A stretch of DNA of 32,000 bases from NCBI GenBank assembly GCA_964536865.1, contig CAZHYN010000004.1, positions 54,686-86,685 on the forward strand, written 5' to 3'. Positions within the stretch are counted from its first letter, which is position 1. The number at the start of each line of letters is the position of its first letter. The notes under the pieces were generated by a model. That model was not told the origin of the DNA and searched no databases. It saw only the letters and a program-made list of their open reading frames with translations. Shown piece after piece: positions 1 through 8,671 of the stretch. Position numbers and translations under genes: made by a program. This stretch comes from an uncultured Planctomycetia bacterium (GTDB taxonomy: Bacteria; Omnitrophota; Gorgyraeia; Duberdicusellales; 4484-171).

Positions 1-246
1 TCTTCTCGGTGTGACGAATTAGGAGTACTCCTCTTAAGTAGGTTTACAGGAGCAGCACGAGAGCTTAAAGAAGCGGTTCTTATCAATCCTTACTCTCAAA
101 GGGAGAGTGCAGAAGCGCTTTTCTTTGCTCTTGGTATGAAGGAAGAGGAACAAAAAAGGAGGATGAAAGCTTTAAGAGTGTATATTCAGCGTAACAATAT
201 CTGGCGTTGGATTGGTAAAATAGTTGTTGATATTCCTTGGAAGTGA
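1..246 (+). CDS. otsA: Trehalose-6-phosphate synthase (GT20 family), C-terminal fragment; 5' end lies outside the window
   Basis: Frame 1 is open from position 1 to TGA at 244-246. The translation ...GVLLLSRFTGAARELKEAVLINPYSQRESAEALFFALGMKEEEQKRRMKAL... resembles the conserved OtsA C-terminus (SEFAGAA...NPY...AL.M...E...R). It sits directly upstream of a T6P-phosphatase domain gene, with a TGATG overlap. Confidence 0.6.
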   Translation, partial: SSRCDELGVLLLSRFTGAARELKEAVLINPYSQRESAEALFFALGMKEEEQKRRMKALRVYIQRNNIWRWIGKIVVDIPWK

Positions 247-1838
247 TGGATGATGTTGCTTTTCCTTTCCAAGCAGTTGTTTTTGATTTAGATGGTGTAA
301 TTACCCAAACTGCCTACCTTCATTTCCAAGCTTGGAAGCAAACCTTTGATGAGTATTTACGTTTCAGAGAGAAAGAAAAATTTAGAGAATTTACTGAGCA
401 AGATTATCTTAACTATGTAGATGGAAGACCACGCTATGATGGAGTTAAGACTTTTCTTTCCTCTCGAGGGATTCAAATTAGTTGGGGAGAGCCTACTGAT
501 TCTCCTGGTGAGGAAACAATCTGCGGGTTAGGGAATAAAAAAAATGTGATTTTTAAAAATCTTTTAGAAAGTAAAGGAGCCAAAAAGTATCCTACCACAG
601 TAGAGTTTATCCAAGAGCTTAAAGAAAAGGGAATAAAGATAGGTGTAGCCTCTTCCTCTAAAAATTGTCGTGCTATTCTCAGCTCTACCCGAATTATAGA
701 TCTCTTTGATGCTTGTGTAGATGGGATAGTTTCTCAACAGTTTAATCTTCAGGGTAAACCTGAACCAGATATATTTCTCTTAACTAGTAAAGATTTGAAG
801 GTTTCCCCTTCCAAGACAGTTGTAGTTGAAGATGCTAGTTCAGGGGTAGAGGCAGCTCGCAATGGAGGTTTCGGATTAGTCATAGGAGTTGCCCGCAAAG
901 ATAATAAAGAAGATCTCTTAAATTCGGGAGCGGATTTAGCATTGAGTGATCTAAAGTTCATAGATATAGAGTGGATCAATGAATGGTTTAAAAAAAGCCC
1001 TTTTTACCTTTTTGATTTCTGGGATAGAGGAACAAGAGAGGAATTAGGAGTTTTTAAGAAGAACGAAGATATAGTTTTAAACCCCTGGTATTTTTTGAGC
1101 TTTAAAGATGCTATTTTTTCCAGAAAGCAGTTAGCCTTTTTCTTTGATTATGATGGCACACTTACCCCTATTGTTAAGAGACCAGAATTAGCAGTGTTAT
1201 CTACCCAGATGCGCTCCTTAATTAAAAAAATAGCTAAGAAATACCCTACCGCCATAGTGAGCGGAAGACAGAGAGAAGAGGTAGAAAAGTTAGTAGGAGT
1301 AGAAGGCATTTACTATGTAGGAAGCCATGGTTTTGATATAAAAGGAGGCGGTTTTTCTTATATTCATCCCCAGCTAAAGGGAATAGTTCCTTTAATCTCT
1401 CATATAGCAGAAGAGTTTTCTACCAAGTTGAGAAGTATCCAGGGGGTGATCATTGAGAATAAGAAGTTCAGTGTTGCTCTCCATTATCGTCTGGTAGAGG
1501 ATAAGTTCTTAGACAATATTAAGAAGGTAGTAGATGAAGTAAAGAGAGAGTATTCTAACTTGCGGTTAATGTGTGGCAAGAAGGTTTTTGAATTTATGCC
1601 TGATATTGATTGGGATAAAGGTAAAGCCATAAGATGGCTTCTTAGTATACTAAATATTTCTTGGAGAGAGTATGCAGTAATTTATATTGGCGATGATACT
1701 ACTGATGAAGATGCATTCAGAATGGTGCGGACTAGGGGAATAGGGATTCTAGTTTCTGAAGGTAAGGCTACTTCAGCAGCTGATTACTTTGTTCACTCTC
1801 CCCAGGAAGTTAGAAAGCTTTTAGAAAGATTTGTATGA
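246..1838 (+). CDS. otsB: Two-domain HAD fusion: N-terminal beta-phosphoglucomutase-like domain plus C-terminal trehalose-6-phosphate phosphatase domain
   Basis: There are two separate HAD motif-I signatures: VVFDLDGVITQT near the N-terminus and FFFDYDGTLTPIV at about aa 300. The first half has GKPEPDIF and VVVEDASSGVEAA, as in beta-PGM-type HAD-IA enzymes. The second half has VSGR, GSHG, KGKA and IYIGDDTTDEDAF, as in OtsB-type phosphatases. I prefer ATG 246 over TTG 237; it overlaps the upstream stop codon. Confidence 0.8.
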   Translation: MDDVAFPFQAVVFDLDGVITQTAYLHFQAWKQTFDEYLRFREKEKFREFTEQDYLNYVDGRPRYDGVKTFLSSRGIQISWGEPTDSPGEETICGLGNKKNVIFKNLLESKGAKKYPTTVEFIQELKEKGIKIGVASSSKNCRAILSSTRIIDLFDACVDGIVSQQFNLQGKPEPDIFLLTSKDLKVSPSKTVVVEDASSGVEAARNGGFGLVIGVARKDNKEDLLNSGADLALSDLKFIDIEWINEWFKKSPFYLFDFWDRGTREELGVFKKNEDIVLNPWYFLSFKDAIFSRKQLAFFFDYDGTLTPIVKRPELAVLSTQMRSLIKKIAKKYPTAIVSGRQREEVEKLVGVEGIYYVGSHGFDIKGGGFSYIHPQLKGIVPLISHIAEEFSTKLRSIQGVIIENKKFSVALHYRLVEDKFLDNIKKVVDEVKREYSNLRLMCGKKVFEFMPDIDWDKGKAIRWLLSILNISWREYAVIYIGDDTTDEDAFRMVRTRGIGILVSEGKATSAADYFVHSPQEVRKLLERFV

Positions 1839-4261
1839 AAGATTCTACCTGGACGATTACCTACACTCACTTTGAACCTGCTCATGAGGGACTACGGGAG
1901 GCCCTATGTACTTTGGGTAACGGTTACTTTGCTACTCGAGGAGCCGCTCCTGAAGGGATAATCTCAAAAATTCACTATCCAGGAACTTACATTGCTGGAG
2001 TTTATAATAAACTCTCTACTAACCTAGCAGGGAAAATAGTAGTTAATGAAGATTTAGTAAATTGTCCTAACTGGCTCTATATTACCTTTAAGGTCGGAGA
2101 GGAAGATTGGTTTATTCCTTCAGAAGCTAACCTCACCTTTTACCATCAGGAGTTAGATATGCGTGAAGGCATATTGAAGAGAACACTTAAATTTAAAGAT
2201 AAACAAGGAAGAGTTACTCAGGTATTTACCGAGAGGTTAGTTCATATGAGGTATCCCCATATAGGAGCATTGAGGTATCTTATTGCTCCTTTAAACTATG
2301 ACGGTTGGATTACTGTAAGAGTTATGCTTGATGGAGCAGTAGAGAATAGAGGAGTGGAGAGATACCGGCAATTGAATTCCAAACATCTTAAACCTTCTGC
2401 CTTAGGTAGCTTTGGAAAAGATGGTATATACTTGGTTATGGTTACTTCTCAATCGAAGATAAAAATAGCCCAAGCTTGCAGAGTTTCGTTCTTTATAAAT
2501 GGAGAGAGAGCAAGGCCAGTGATAAAGACCGTACGCCGGCGATTGATGGAAGGTAGAGAAAGGATTGGTCAGGAGTTCCGTTTCTTCGCTCGTCGGAGAG
2601 TTTCCTATGAGGTGCAGAAGATTGTCTCTATATATACCTCTAAAGATTTCTTGAAAAGAGACCCTGCCAAAGAAGCAATCAGAGCGGTAAAGAGGGTGCC
2701 CTCTTTTATTAAATTGGTAGCTCATCAAAGGCAAACCTGGCAAAGTCTTTGGAATAGATTCGATATAACTATTCAGGGAGATAAATTTTCTCAGTGGGCG
2801 TTAAGGGTCCATATTTTTCATCTTTTGCAAACAGCCTCTCCTAACAATGTCAATTTAGATGTAAGCATTCCTGCTCGTGGTCTTCATGGAGAAGCTTACC
2901 GAGGTCATATCTTTTGGGATGAGATTTTTATTATGCACTTTTATGATCTTCACTATCCTCAGATTTCTAAGGTCTTTCTCTTGTACCGTTACCGGAGATT
3001 AGAGAAAGCAAGACAGTTAGCTAAGAGATTCGGTTACAAAGGGGCTATGTATCCTTGGCAAAGTGCCTCAACGGGAGATGAGGAGACTCAGATGTATCAC
3101 TTGAATCCTCTCTCGGGTAAGTGGGGACCCGATTATAGTTCTTATCAAAGACATATCTCTTTTGCTGTTGCTTATAACGTATGGAAGTACTGGGAAAGAA
3201 CTTTGGATTTTCAATTCCTTATTCACTTCGGTGCAGAGATGATTCTTTCTATAGCTCAGTTTGGAGCAAGCCTTGTTAGTTACAGTAGAAAAGATAAGCG
3301 CTACCATACTGAAAGAGTGATGGGGCCAGACGAATTTCATGAAAGATATCCTCATGCTAAGCAACCAGGGCTTAGAGATAATACCTATACTAACTTTATG
3401 ATTGTCTGGACTCTCAATAAGGCCAAGGAGGTTATTAAAATTCTACCTTCCTCTTATAAAAACAGACTTTTCAAAAAACTAGGAATAACTGAGAAGGATT
3501 TGAAACTTTGGGATGATATTACCAGAAGGATGAATATAGTGATCAATCGCAGGGGTATCATTGCTCAATTTGATGGTTACTTTGCTCTTAAAGAATTAGA
3601 TTGGAAAAAGTACATGTTTGAGTACGGGGACGTTAAAAGGATGGATAGAATCTTAAAAGCCGAGGGGAAAACTCCTGATGAATACAAGGTAACTAAGCAG
3701 GCAGATGTCCTTATGATTTTTTATCTTTTCTCTCTTCGAGAAATCAAGAAAGTTTTTAATGAGTTAGGATATAGATTTGATCTTAAAATGTTGAGAAAAA
3801 ACTATGAATACTATAGTAGGAGAACCTCTCATGGTTCTACTCTGAGCAAAGTTGTACATTGTTTTGTAGCTCATAGTCTAGGGAAGAAAGAAGAAGCGTG
3901 GGATTGGTTTGTAGATACGTTAGAATCAGATATATATGATACTCAGAGAGGGACTACTCCTGAAGGAATTCATACGGGAGTTATGGGAGGTTCCATCGAT
4001 GTAGTAGTAAGAGCATTTGCAGGTTTAAGTCTGGGTGATTCTATCAGGATAAATCCTTCTCTTCCTAAAAAATGGAGAAAACTCAGTTTAAAATTTCTCT
4101 ACAGAGACCTGTGGTTTACTCTTTCTATTAGAGATAGAGCTTTTACACTCTCTGTAGATAAGGAAAAAAGGAGTAAAATATCTACTTCCATAGATATTGT
4201 AGTAGGGAATAGAGTTTATAAATTCCCCTTAGTAAGGAAGGCTACCTTCTCTATAAAGTAA
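1835..4261 (+). CDS. Glycoside hydrolase family 65 disaccharide phosphorylase (trehalose, trehalose-6-P, kojibiose or maltose phosphorylase type)
   Basis: 808 aa, a typical GH65 length. It carries the catalytic-region signature HGEAYRGHIFWDEIF. It has an ATGA overlap with the upstream beta-PGM-domain gene, and GH65 enzymes release beta-glucose-1-P. Confidence 0.8.
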   Translation: MKDSTWTITYTHFEPAHEGLREALCTLGNGYFATRGAAPEGIISKIHYPGTYIAGVYNKLSTNLAGKIVVNEDLVNCPNWLYITFKVGEEDWFIPSEANLTFYHQELDMREGILKRTLKFKDKQGRVTQVFTERLVHMRYPHIGALRYLIAPLNYDGWITVRVMLDGAVENRGVERYRQLNSKHLKPSALGSFGKDGIYLVMVTSQSKIKIAQACRVSFFINGERARPVIKTVRRRLMEGRERIGQEFRFFARRRVSYEVQKIVSIYTSKDFLKRDPAKEAIRAVKRVPSFIKLVAHQRQTWQSLWNRFDITIQGDKFSQWALRVHIFHLLQTASPNNVNLDVSIPARGLHGEAYRGHIFWDEIFIMHFYDLHYPQISKVFLLYRYRRLEKARQLAKRFGYKGAMYPWQSASTGDEETQMYHLNPLSGKWGPDYSSYQRHISFAVAYNVWKYWERTLDFQFLIHFGAEMILSIAQFGASLVSYSRKDKRYHTERVMGPDEFHERYPHAKQPGLRDNTYTNFMIVWTLNKAKEVIKILPSSYKNRLFKKLGITEKDLKLWDDITRRMNIVINRRGIIAQFDGYFALKELDWKKYMFEYGDVKRMDRILKAEGKTPDEYKVTKQADVLMIFYLFSLREIKKVFNELGYRFDLKMLRKNYEYYSRRTSHGSTLSKVVHCFVAHSLGKKEEAWDWFVDTLESDIYDTQRGTTPEGIHTGVMGGSIDVVVRAFAGLSLGDSIRINPSLPKKWRKLSLKFLYRDLWFTLSIRDRAFTLSVDKEKRSKISTSIDIVVGNRVYKFPLVRKATFSIK

Positions 4262-4272
4262 ATAGTTCATAA

Positions 4273-4929
4273 GTGGGAGGAGAATACTTTCATTTCCATA
4301 CTCGGGTAACTCAGGTAGAGCTTTTAGGGTATACCGCTCGCAATGTAAAGGAGTTGTATCAAGGGATAAAAAGAGTTCCCTCTTCCAGTATATATCACCA
4401 CACCCATCGTTATCTTGAGCAACACCGGTATTTTTCTCCTGAACATCCCAATGATTTTTCTTATTGGATTAATAATAGTTTAGGACTTAGGAAGTTGGGA
4501 GAGAGGATTGCTAGTGTTGATATCTTTCAGTTTTCTGATATAGAGGATTTACGAAAAGAATTTCTAATAATTTTAGATGAATATCTTAAAACTGCTCCTG
4601 CTTTAAGAGGTTGTCTTCCAGGGGAGGAGTTTCGTTTCCTTTCTTCAAAGATTTTTATTCTTCCTACACCTTTCAAGGCACATAATCTTGAAGAGTTTTC
4701 TCTTTATCTTAAGAGGGTTACTGTACACTCTCTCTACTTTCATATATTTGAAGCAAAGGTAAGATTAAAAAGAGCAGATAATGATTTCTCCTGTTGGCTA
4801 AGAGATCTAGGATATAAGGAGTTAGCAGAAAAGATTTCCAAAATCGATCCATATACACATACTTTAGAAGGACTTAGGCAAAAGATCATAAATCTTGTAA
4901 GTGAACACCTATATGGCAAGGATAGATGA
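4273..4929 (+). CDS. Conserved hypothetical protein built from two homologous ~100-aa repeats, linked to treT
   Basis: 218-aa ORF with a GTG start. The two halves align on a shared pattern: F.F...G..A.N..E....K.V...S.Y.H....NDFS.W....LG...L.E.I..D......LR. Its end overlaps the start of treT. Confidence 0.6.
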   Translation: MGGEYFHFHTRVTQVELLGYTARNVKELYQGIKRVPSSSIYHHTHRYLEQHRYFSPEHPNDFSYWINNSLGLRKLGERIASVDIFQFSDIEDLRKEFLIILDEYLKTAPALRGCLPGEEFRFLSSKIFILPTPFKAHNLEEFSLYLKRVTVHSLYFHIFEAKVRLKRADNDFSCWLRDLGYKELAEKISKIDPYTHTLEGLRQKIINLVSEHLYGKDR

Positions 4930-6133
4930 TTACCGTCCCATCGTAGGCAACCAGACTATTGATGAGCTTTACCTTCTGGGAGAAAAGCTAAAGAATATCA
5001 CTATTCAAAATATAAATTCGACTCCTTCGGGGGGAGGTGTGGCAGAGATTCTTTCTCGAATGGTACCTCTCATGAAAGATGTAGGGTTAGATGTATGGTG
5101 GGATGTGATCAGAGGAGATGATCGTTTTTTTCAGATTACCAAAAAGATTCATAATGCTCTTCATGGAATAGAGGTTTCTCTTACTAGAGAGGAATTATCT
5201 TATTTTTTAGAGGTTAATCAAGAGAACGCTAAATCTATTAAAAAGTGGGCAGATATTGTTTTTGTCCATGATCCCCAACCTATCTACCTAGTTAGAGAGA
5301 AGAGAAAGCTTAAAAATAAATGGATCTGGCGTTGTCATATTGATTTCTCTAACCCTAAAAGAGATGTATGGCTATTTTTGAAGAAGCTCATTGAGAAGTA
5401 TGATGCTAGTGTATTTTCCGCTCCTACGTTTGCTCGGAGATTATCTATCAGACAAGTTCTTATTTACCCTTCTATTGACCCTTTAAGCGATAAGAACAAA
5501 GAGTTGGATCAAAGATTTATCGATAACGTTTTAGAAAGGTTTGGTATCGATAGACAGAGGCCCATCGTCACTCAGATTTCCCGCTTTGATTATTTAAAAG
5601 ACCCTATGGGAGTGATTAAAGCCTTTCGCTTGGTAAAAAAGTATATAGATTGCCAGCTTATTTTAGCAGGAGGAGGGGCTAGAGATGATCCTGAAGGGGA
5701 GAGAGTGTTAAACGAGGTGAGGGAAGAGGCTAGGAAGGAGAGAGATATTCATATTATTTATCTTCCTCCAGAAAGTAATTTAGAGATAAATGCCTTACAA
5801 CGTGCTTCTACGGTAATTCTTCAAAAATCTTTGAAAGAGGGCTTCGGTCTTACTGTAGCAGAAGCTTTGTGGAAAGAAAAACCAGTTATTGCTTCTTGGG
5901 TGGGAGGCATACCTTTGCAGATTGCTCATAAGTATTCAGGGATTCTTACTTACACTATCGAGGGGACCGCCCACTGGATAAAGCGACTAATTAATGAGCT
6001 GGAGTATGCCAAAAGATTAGCTAGGAATGGTAAGCAACATGTCAAAAATAATTTTCTTATTCTCCGTCAGATTCAAGATTACTTCCTCTTATTTTTATCC
6101 CTTTTTAACCCTCAAGATATAGTGTACCTTTGA
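4913..6133 (+). CDS. treT: Trehalose glycosyltransferring synthase (TreT-type GT4 glycosyltransferase)
   Basis: The blocks INSTPSGGGVAEIL, WIWRCHIDFS, YPSIDPLSDKN, ITQISRFDYLKDP, DDPEG and LQKSLKEGFGLTVAEALWKEKPVIAS match TreT of Thermococcales as I recall it. The start is ambiguous between GTG 4901 and ATG 4913. Confidence 0.8.
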   Translation: MARIDDYRPIVGNQTIDELYLLGEKLKNITIQNINSTPSGGGVAEILSRMVPLMKDVGLDVWWDVIRGDDRFFQITKKIHNALHGIEVSLTREELSYFLEVNQENAKSIKKWADIVFVHDPQPIYLVREKRKLKNKWIWRCHIDFSNPKRDVWLFLKKLIEKYDASVFSAPTFARRLSIRQVLIYPSIDPLSDKNKELDQRFIDNVLERFGIDRQRPIVTQISRFDYLKDPMGVIKAFRLVKKYIDCQLILAGGGARDDPEGERVLNEVREEARKERDIHIIYLPPESNLEINALQRASTVILQKSLKEGFGLTVAEALWKEKPVIASWVGGIPLQIAHKYSGILTYTIEGTAHWIKRLINELEYAKRLARNGKQHVKNNFLILRQIQDYFLLFLSLFNPQDIVYL

Positions 6134-6157
6134 AGGAAGCTGGAGGGCAAATTGCGT

Positions 6158-6186
6158 TTGACAAATTCTAGTGGTTCTGATATAGT
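6158..6186 (+). promoter_or_regulatory. Sigma70-like promoter TTGACA-17 nt-TATAGT; the -10 box ends 9 nt before the ATG of the next gene
   Basis: TTGACA at 6158-6163, a 17-nt spacer, and TATAGT at 6181-6186. There is no Shine-Dalgarno between the -10 box and ATG 6196. Confidence 0.5.
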
Positions 6187-6195
6187 TTTTTTCTC

Positions 6196-7146
6196 ATGAA
6201 GAAAGTATTTATTGCTGTCTTTTTTTCTTTTCTGGTTTTTTCTCAAACTTATCCTTTTTGGATATGGTCTCCTAAAACCCAGAAGTGGAAAAATCCACAA
6301 CTTTCTCCATTAGCTACCCCTAAGCTCCAGTTAGAGAAAGCGTTAAAGGAGTTTAATGCTGGAAGGTATAAATCTGCTCTTCGAGAGTTCAAGAAAGTTA
6401 TAGTTCACTATCCAGATTCTTATCAAGCTTCGGAAGCTCGGTATTATATGGGTAGGTGTTGGGAAGAGTTAAAAAGACCTTATCAGGCTTTTTTGGAGTA
6501 CCAAAAAGTAATCGACTCTTATCCTAACAGTACTCGTATTCAGGAGATTATAGAAAGAGAGTATAAAATTGGAGAGTACTTTTTGAACCAGAAGCTTCAA
6601 AAATGGTTTGGGATCTCCTTATACGATTTAGTAGAGCACCCTTCTATAGAGATTTTTAGGAAAATAGTAAAAAGTGCTCCTTACTCAGAATACGCTCCTA
6701 AAGCTCAATATAAGTTAGGAATTCTCCTGCTCAATCTGGGTAGGCATGAGGAAGCAAGAGAAGCTTTCCAGAAACTTGTGGATAACTATCCTGATAGTGA
6801 ATGGGCAGACGCTGCTAAGTATCAACTTGCTACTTCTAGCGTTAAGGCTTCTTTAGGGGTAGATTACGATGATACCTATCGGAAAGAGGCTATGAGGGGG
6901 TTTAAAGAGTTTATTTCGCGTCATCCCGAAGCAGAGTTTTCCCAAAAGGCTAAGGAGCAGCTAAAAATCTTGAGAGAAGAGGAGGCAAAGAAGAATTTTG
7001 ATATTGCTGCTTTTTATGAGAAACAGAAGAAATTTAAAAGCGCCATCCTTTACTATAAGTTAGTGGCTGAGGACTTTAAGGATACACGGTGGGCTAAAGA
7101 AGCAGAAAGGAAGCTGTCAGAGATCAAAGATAAAGTTAAAGAATGA
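6196..7146 (+). CDS. bamD: TPR-repeat outer-membrane assembly protein, BamD/YfiO-like
   Basis: N-terminal signal-like segment followed by repeated TPR-like units (YPDSYQASEARYYMGRCW, YPNSTRIQE, APKAQYKLG, YPDSEWADAAKYQLA, and others). It sits upstream of an lptE-like lipoprotein. No lipobox Cys is visible. Confidence 0.5.
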   Translation: MKKVFIAVFFSFLVFSQTYPFWIWSPKTQKWKNPQLSPLATPKLQLEKALKEFNAGRYKSALREFKKVIVHYPDSYQASEARYYMGRCWEELKRPYQAFLEYQKVIDSYPNSTRIQEIIEREYKIGEYFLNQKLQKWFGISLYDLVEHPSIEIFRKIVKSAPYSEYAPKAQYKLGILLLNLGRHEEAREAFQKLVDNYPDSEWADAAKYQLATSSVKASLGVDYDDTYRKEAMRGFKEFISRHPEAEFSQKAKEQLKILREEEAKKNFDIAAFYEKQKKFKSAILYYKLVAEDFKDTRWAKEAERKLSEIKDKVKE

Positions 7147-7664
7147 AGAGGGTAATTCTTTTGTTTCTCTTACTAGGAGGCTGTGGTTATACTACCTACC
7201 TTGTGAGTTCCTCATTAGGAGAAGGTAAAATTTATGTAAAACCAGTAGCTAATGAGGTCAGAATAACTTCTGAAGATAGAGCCTATTCTGATTATACTGT
7301 TTATCCTGTTCTCTTAGATAAAGATTTGACCAATGCTATCATTGATGAGTTACAAATAAGAACTCCTCTTAAAGTAGTAAGCTCTCCCGATGGTGCCTAT
7401 ACTTTAGAGTGTAAGATTGTTAACTATAAGAAGGAAGCACTAAGATACACTGATACTGACGAGGTTAATGAGCAAAGATTGAGATTATACGTTAAGGTAA
7501 TAGTTTATGATGCTGAAAAGAATTTAATTAAAGAGAGAGAAGTGGTAGGAGAAGCTTCTTACTTTTTTTCGGGACGCCTGGCTTCTTCAGAGTCCGAAGC
7601 TTTAAATGAGCTTATAGAAGATACAGCAAAGAGAGTAGTAGATACCCTTTCCCAAGACTGGTAA
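7143..7664 (+). CDS. lptE: Small lipoprotein, LptE-like (LPS-assembly lipoprotein)
   Basis: Lipobox LLLGGC at the N-terminus and about 170 aa in length. It sits immediately upstream of a holA-like gene, which is the conserved lptE-holA order in proteobacteria. The sequence-level assignment is weak. Confidence 0.4.
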   Translation: MKRVILLFLLLGGCGYTTYLVSSSLGEGKIYVKPVANEVRITSEDRAYSDYTVYPVLLDKDLTNAIIDELQIRTPLKVVSSPDGAYTLECKIVNYKKEALRYTDTDEVNEQRLRLYVKVIVYDAEKNLIKEREVVGEASYFFSGRLASSESEALNELIEDTAKRVVDTLSQDW

Positions 7665-8347
7665 TGGAAGGGAAAATTTTCTGTGTTATTGGTTTAGATT
7701 TCGAGCATCGTCAAAGAGCTATAGAAAATATAAAGAAAGGGTTATTAAAAGAAAAGACAACTTTCTTAAATACAGTGGTTCTATACTGCAAGAATTTGAA
7801 TCTTCAGGAGTTAAAAAACACACTCTATACTTTTCCTTTAGAAAAAAAAAGAGTTGTTATTTTTAAGGGTGCTGAATATCTCTCTCAAGAAGTAAAACTA
7901 TTTCTCTTAAAGAAGTTAAAGGATTTGCTCTCCTTGAATTATTTAATCTTTGAGATAGAGAGAGACCACGCTCAGTTTATTTACGACAGAAAAGTAAGAG
8001 AGGATAAGTTCTTTTCTTATCTTTTAAAGAGATGTATTTTAAGAAGAATTATTTCTATACAAGAAGATTATTCTCTAAATAAATTAATATCTCTGGTAAG
8101 GAGAAATGAACGAGCCCAGGCTTTTTCCACTTTAGAAAAGATGTTCTTGCAGCCCAAGAAAAGCGAGAATTTAGCAACTCAGATTTTAGGAGCATTAACT
8201 CGTGAATTTTCTTATCTTACTAATCCTTACCAAAAGAGTAGATACTTTCAACTTTTCTGGGAGGCAGATAGATTAATAAAAGAAAAGGGTATTCCTTCTA
8301 AGTTAGCCTTGGAGATACTTTTAGCAAAGTTGTTTGAGATAAGTTAA
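7664..8347 (+). CDS. holA: DNA polymerase III delta subunit-like protein (short form)
   Basis: Its position after the lptE-like gene fits, as does an N-terminal pattern resembling HolA. It is only 227 aa, against about 330 aa for typical HolA. Confidence 0.4.
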   Translation: MEGKIFCVIGLDFEHRQRAIENIKKGLLKEKTTFLNTVVLYCKNLNLQELKNTLYTFPLEKKRVVIFKGAEYLSQEVKLFLLKKLKDLLSLNYLIFEIERDHAQFIYDRKVREDKFFSYLLKRCILRRIISIQEDYSLNKLISLVRRNERAQAFSTLEKMFLQPKKSENLATQILGALTREFSYLTNPYQKSRYFQLFWEADRLIKEKGIPSKLALEILLAKLFEIS

Positions 8348-8607
8348 GTTAATTGGTTGATGAGGGAAGCATATTTAGATTTCTCGCGGGCGGCCTTCTT
8401 AGGATGGATAGTTTTCTTACGTGCGGCTTTATCTAATGCTTTATAAACTTCCCTTAAAGCCTGTTTAGCATTCTCTAAGTCTTTATTCTGTAGAAATTTT
8501 TTGTATTTTTTTATTGCTTCCTTGATAATTTTTTTTCTAATTAAATTTAGCTTACGTCTTTTTATGCTTTTTTTTAGCTCTTTTTTGGCAGACTTTCTTT
8601 GAGGCAT
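8344..8607 (-). CDS. rpsT: 30S ribosomal protein S20
   Basis: 87-aa, highly basic protein beginning MPQRKSAKKELKKSIKRRKLN. Length and composition are typical of bS20. AGGAG lies 5 nt upstream of the ATG on the minus strand. Confidence 0.9.
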   Translation of the reverse strand: MPQRKSAKKELKKSIKRRKLNLIRKKIIKEAIKKYKKFLQNKDLENAKQALREVYKALDKAARKKTIHPKKAAREKSKYASLINQLT

Positions 8608-8629
8608 CTTGACTCCTTTTTAAGGAACT

Positions 8630-8658
8630 TTTATACCAGAGAGATTCAAACCTGTCAA
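8630..8658 (-). promoter_or_regulatory. Sigma70-like promoter for rpsT (TTGACA-17 nt-TATAAA on the minus strand)
   Basis: The minus strand reads cTTGACAggtttgaatctctctggTATAAAagttccttaaaaAGGAGtcaagATG. Confidence 0.55.
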
Positions 8659-8671
8659 GATATTTTAATTT

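Noticed and set aside
749-979. Small minus-strand ORFs from the track embedded in larger genes: 749-979, 2402-2743, 3068-3364, 6112-6300, 10675-10899, 11885-12232, 12282-12467, 13897-14100, 14525-14731, 15275-15502, 19880-20080, 21869-22093, 22769-22987. The same applies to + strand 16812-17006, 30115-30300 and 30231-30416, and to minus-strand 30335-30541.
   Set aside because: Each lies entirely inside, and antisense to or out of frame with, a long ORF that has clear family motifs. They have no Shine-Dalgarno and low-complexity translations, as expected by chance in AT-rich DNA.
8609-8637. + strand promoter for murJ (TTGACT-17-TATACC), divergent from the rpsT promoter
   Set aside because: The -10 box is weak, and it would give a 28-nt leader with no Shine-Dalgarno. 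I cannot separate it from chance matches inside the rpsT 5' UTR region.
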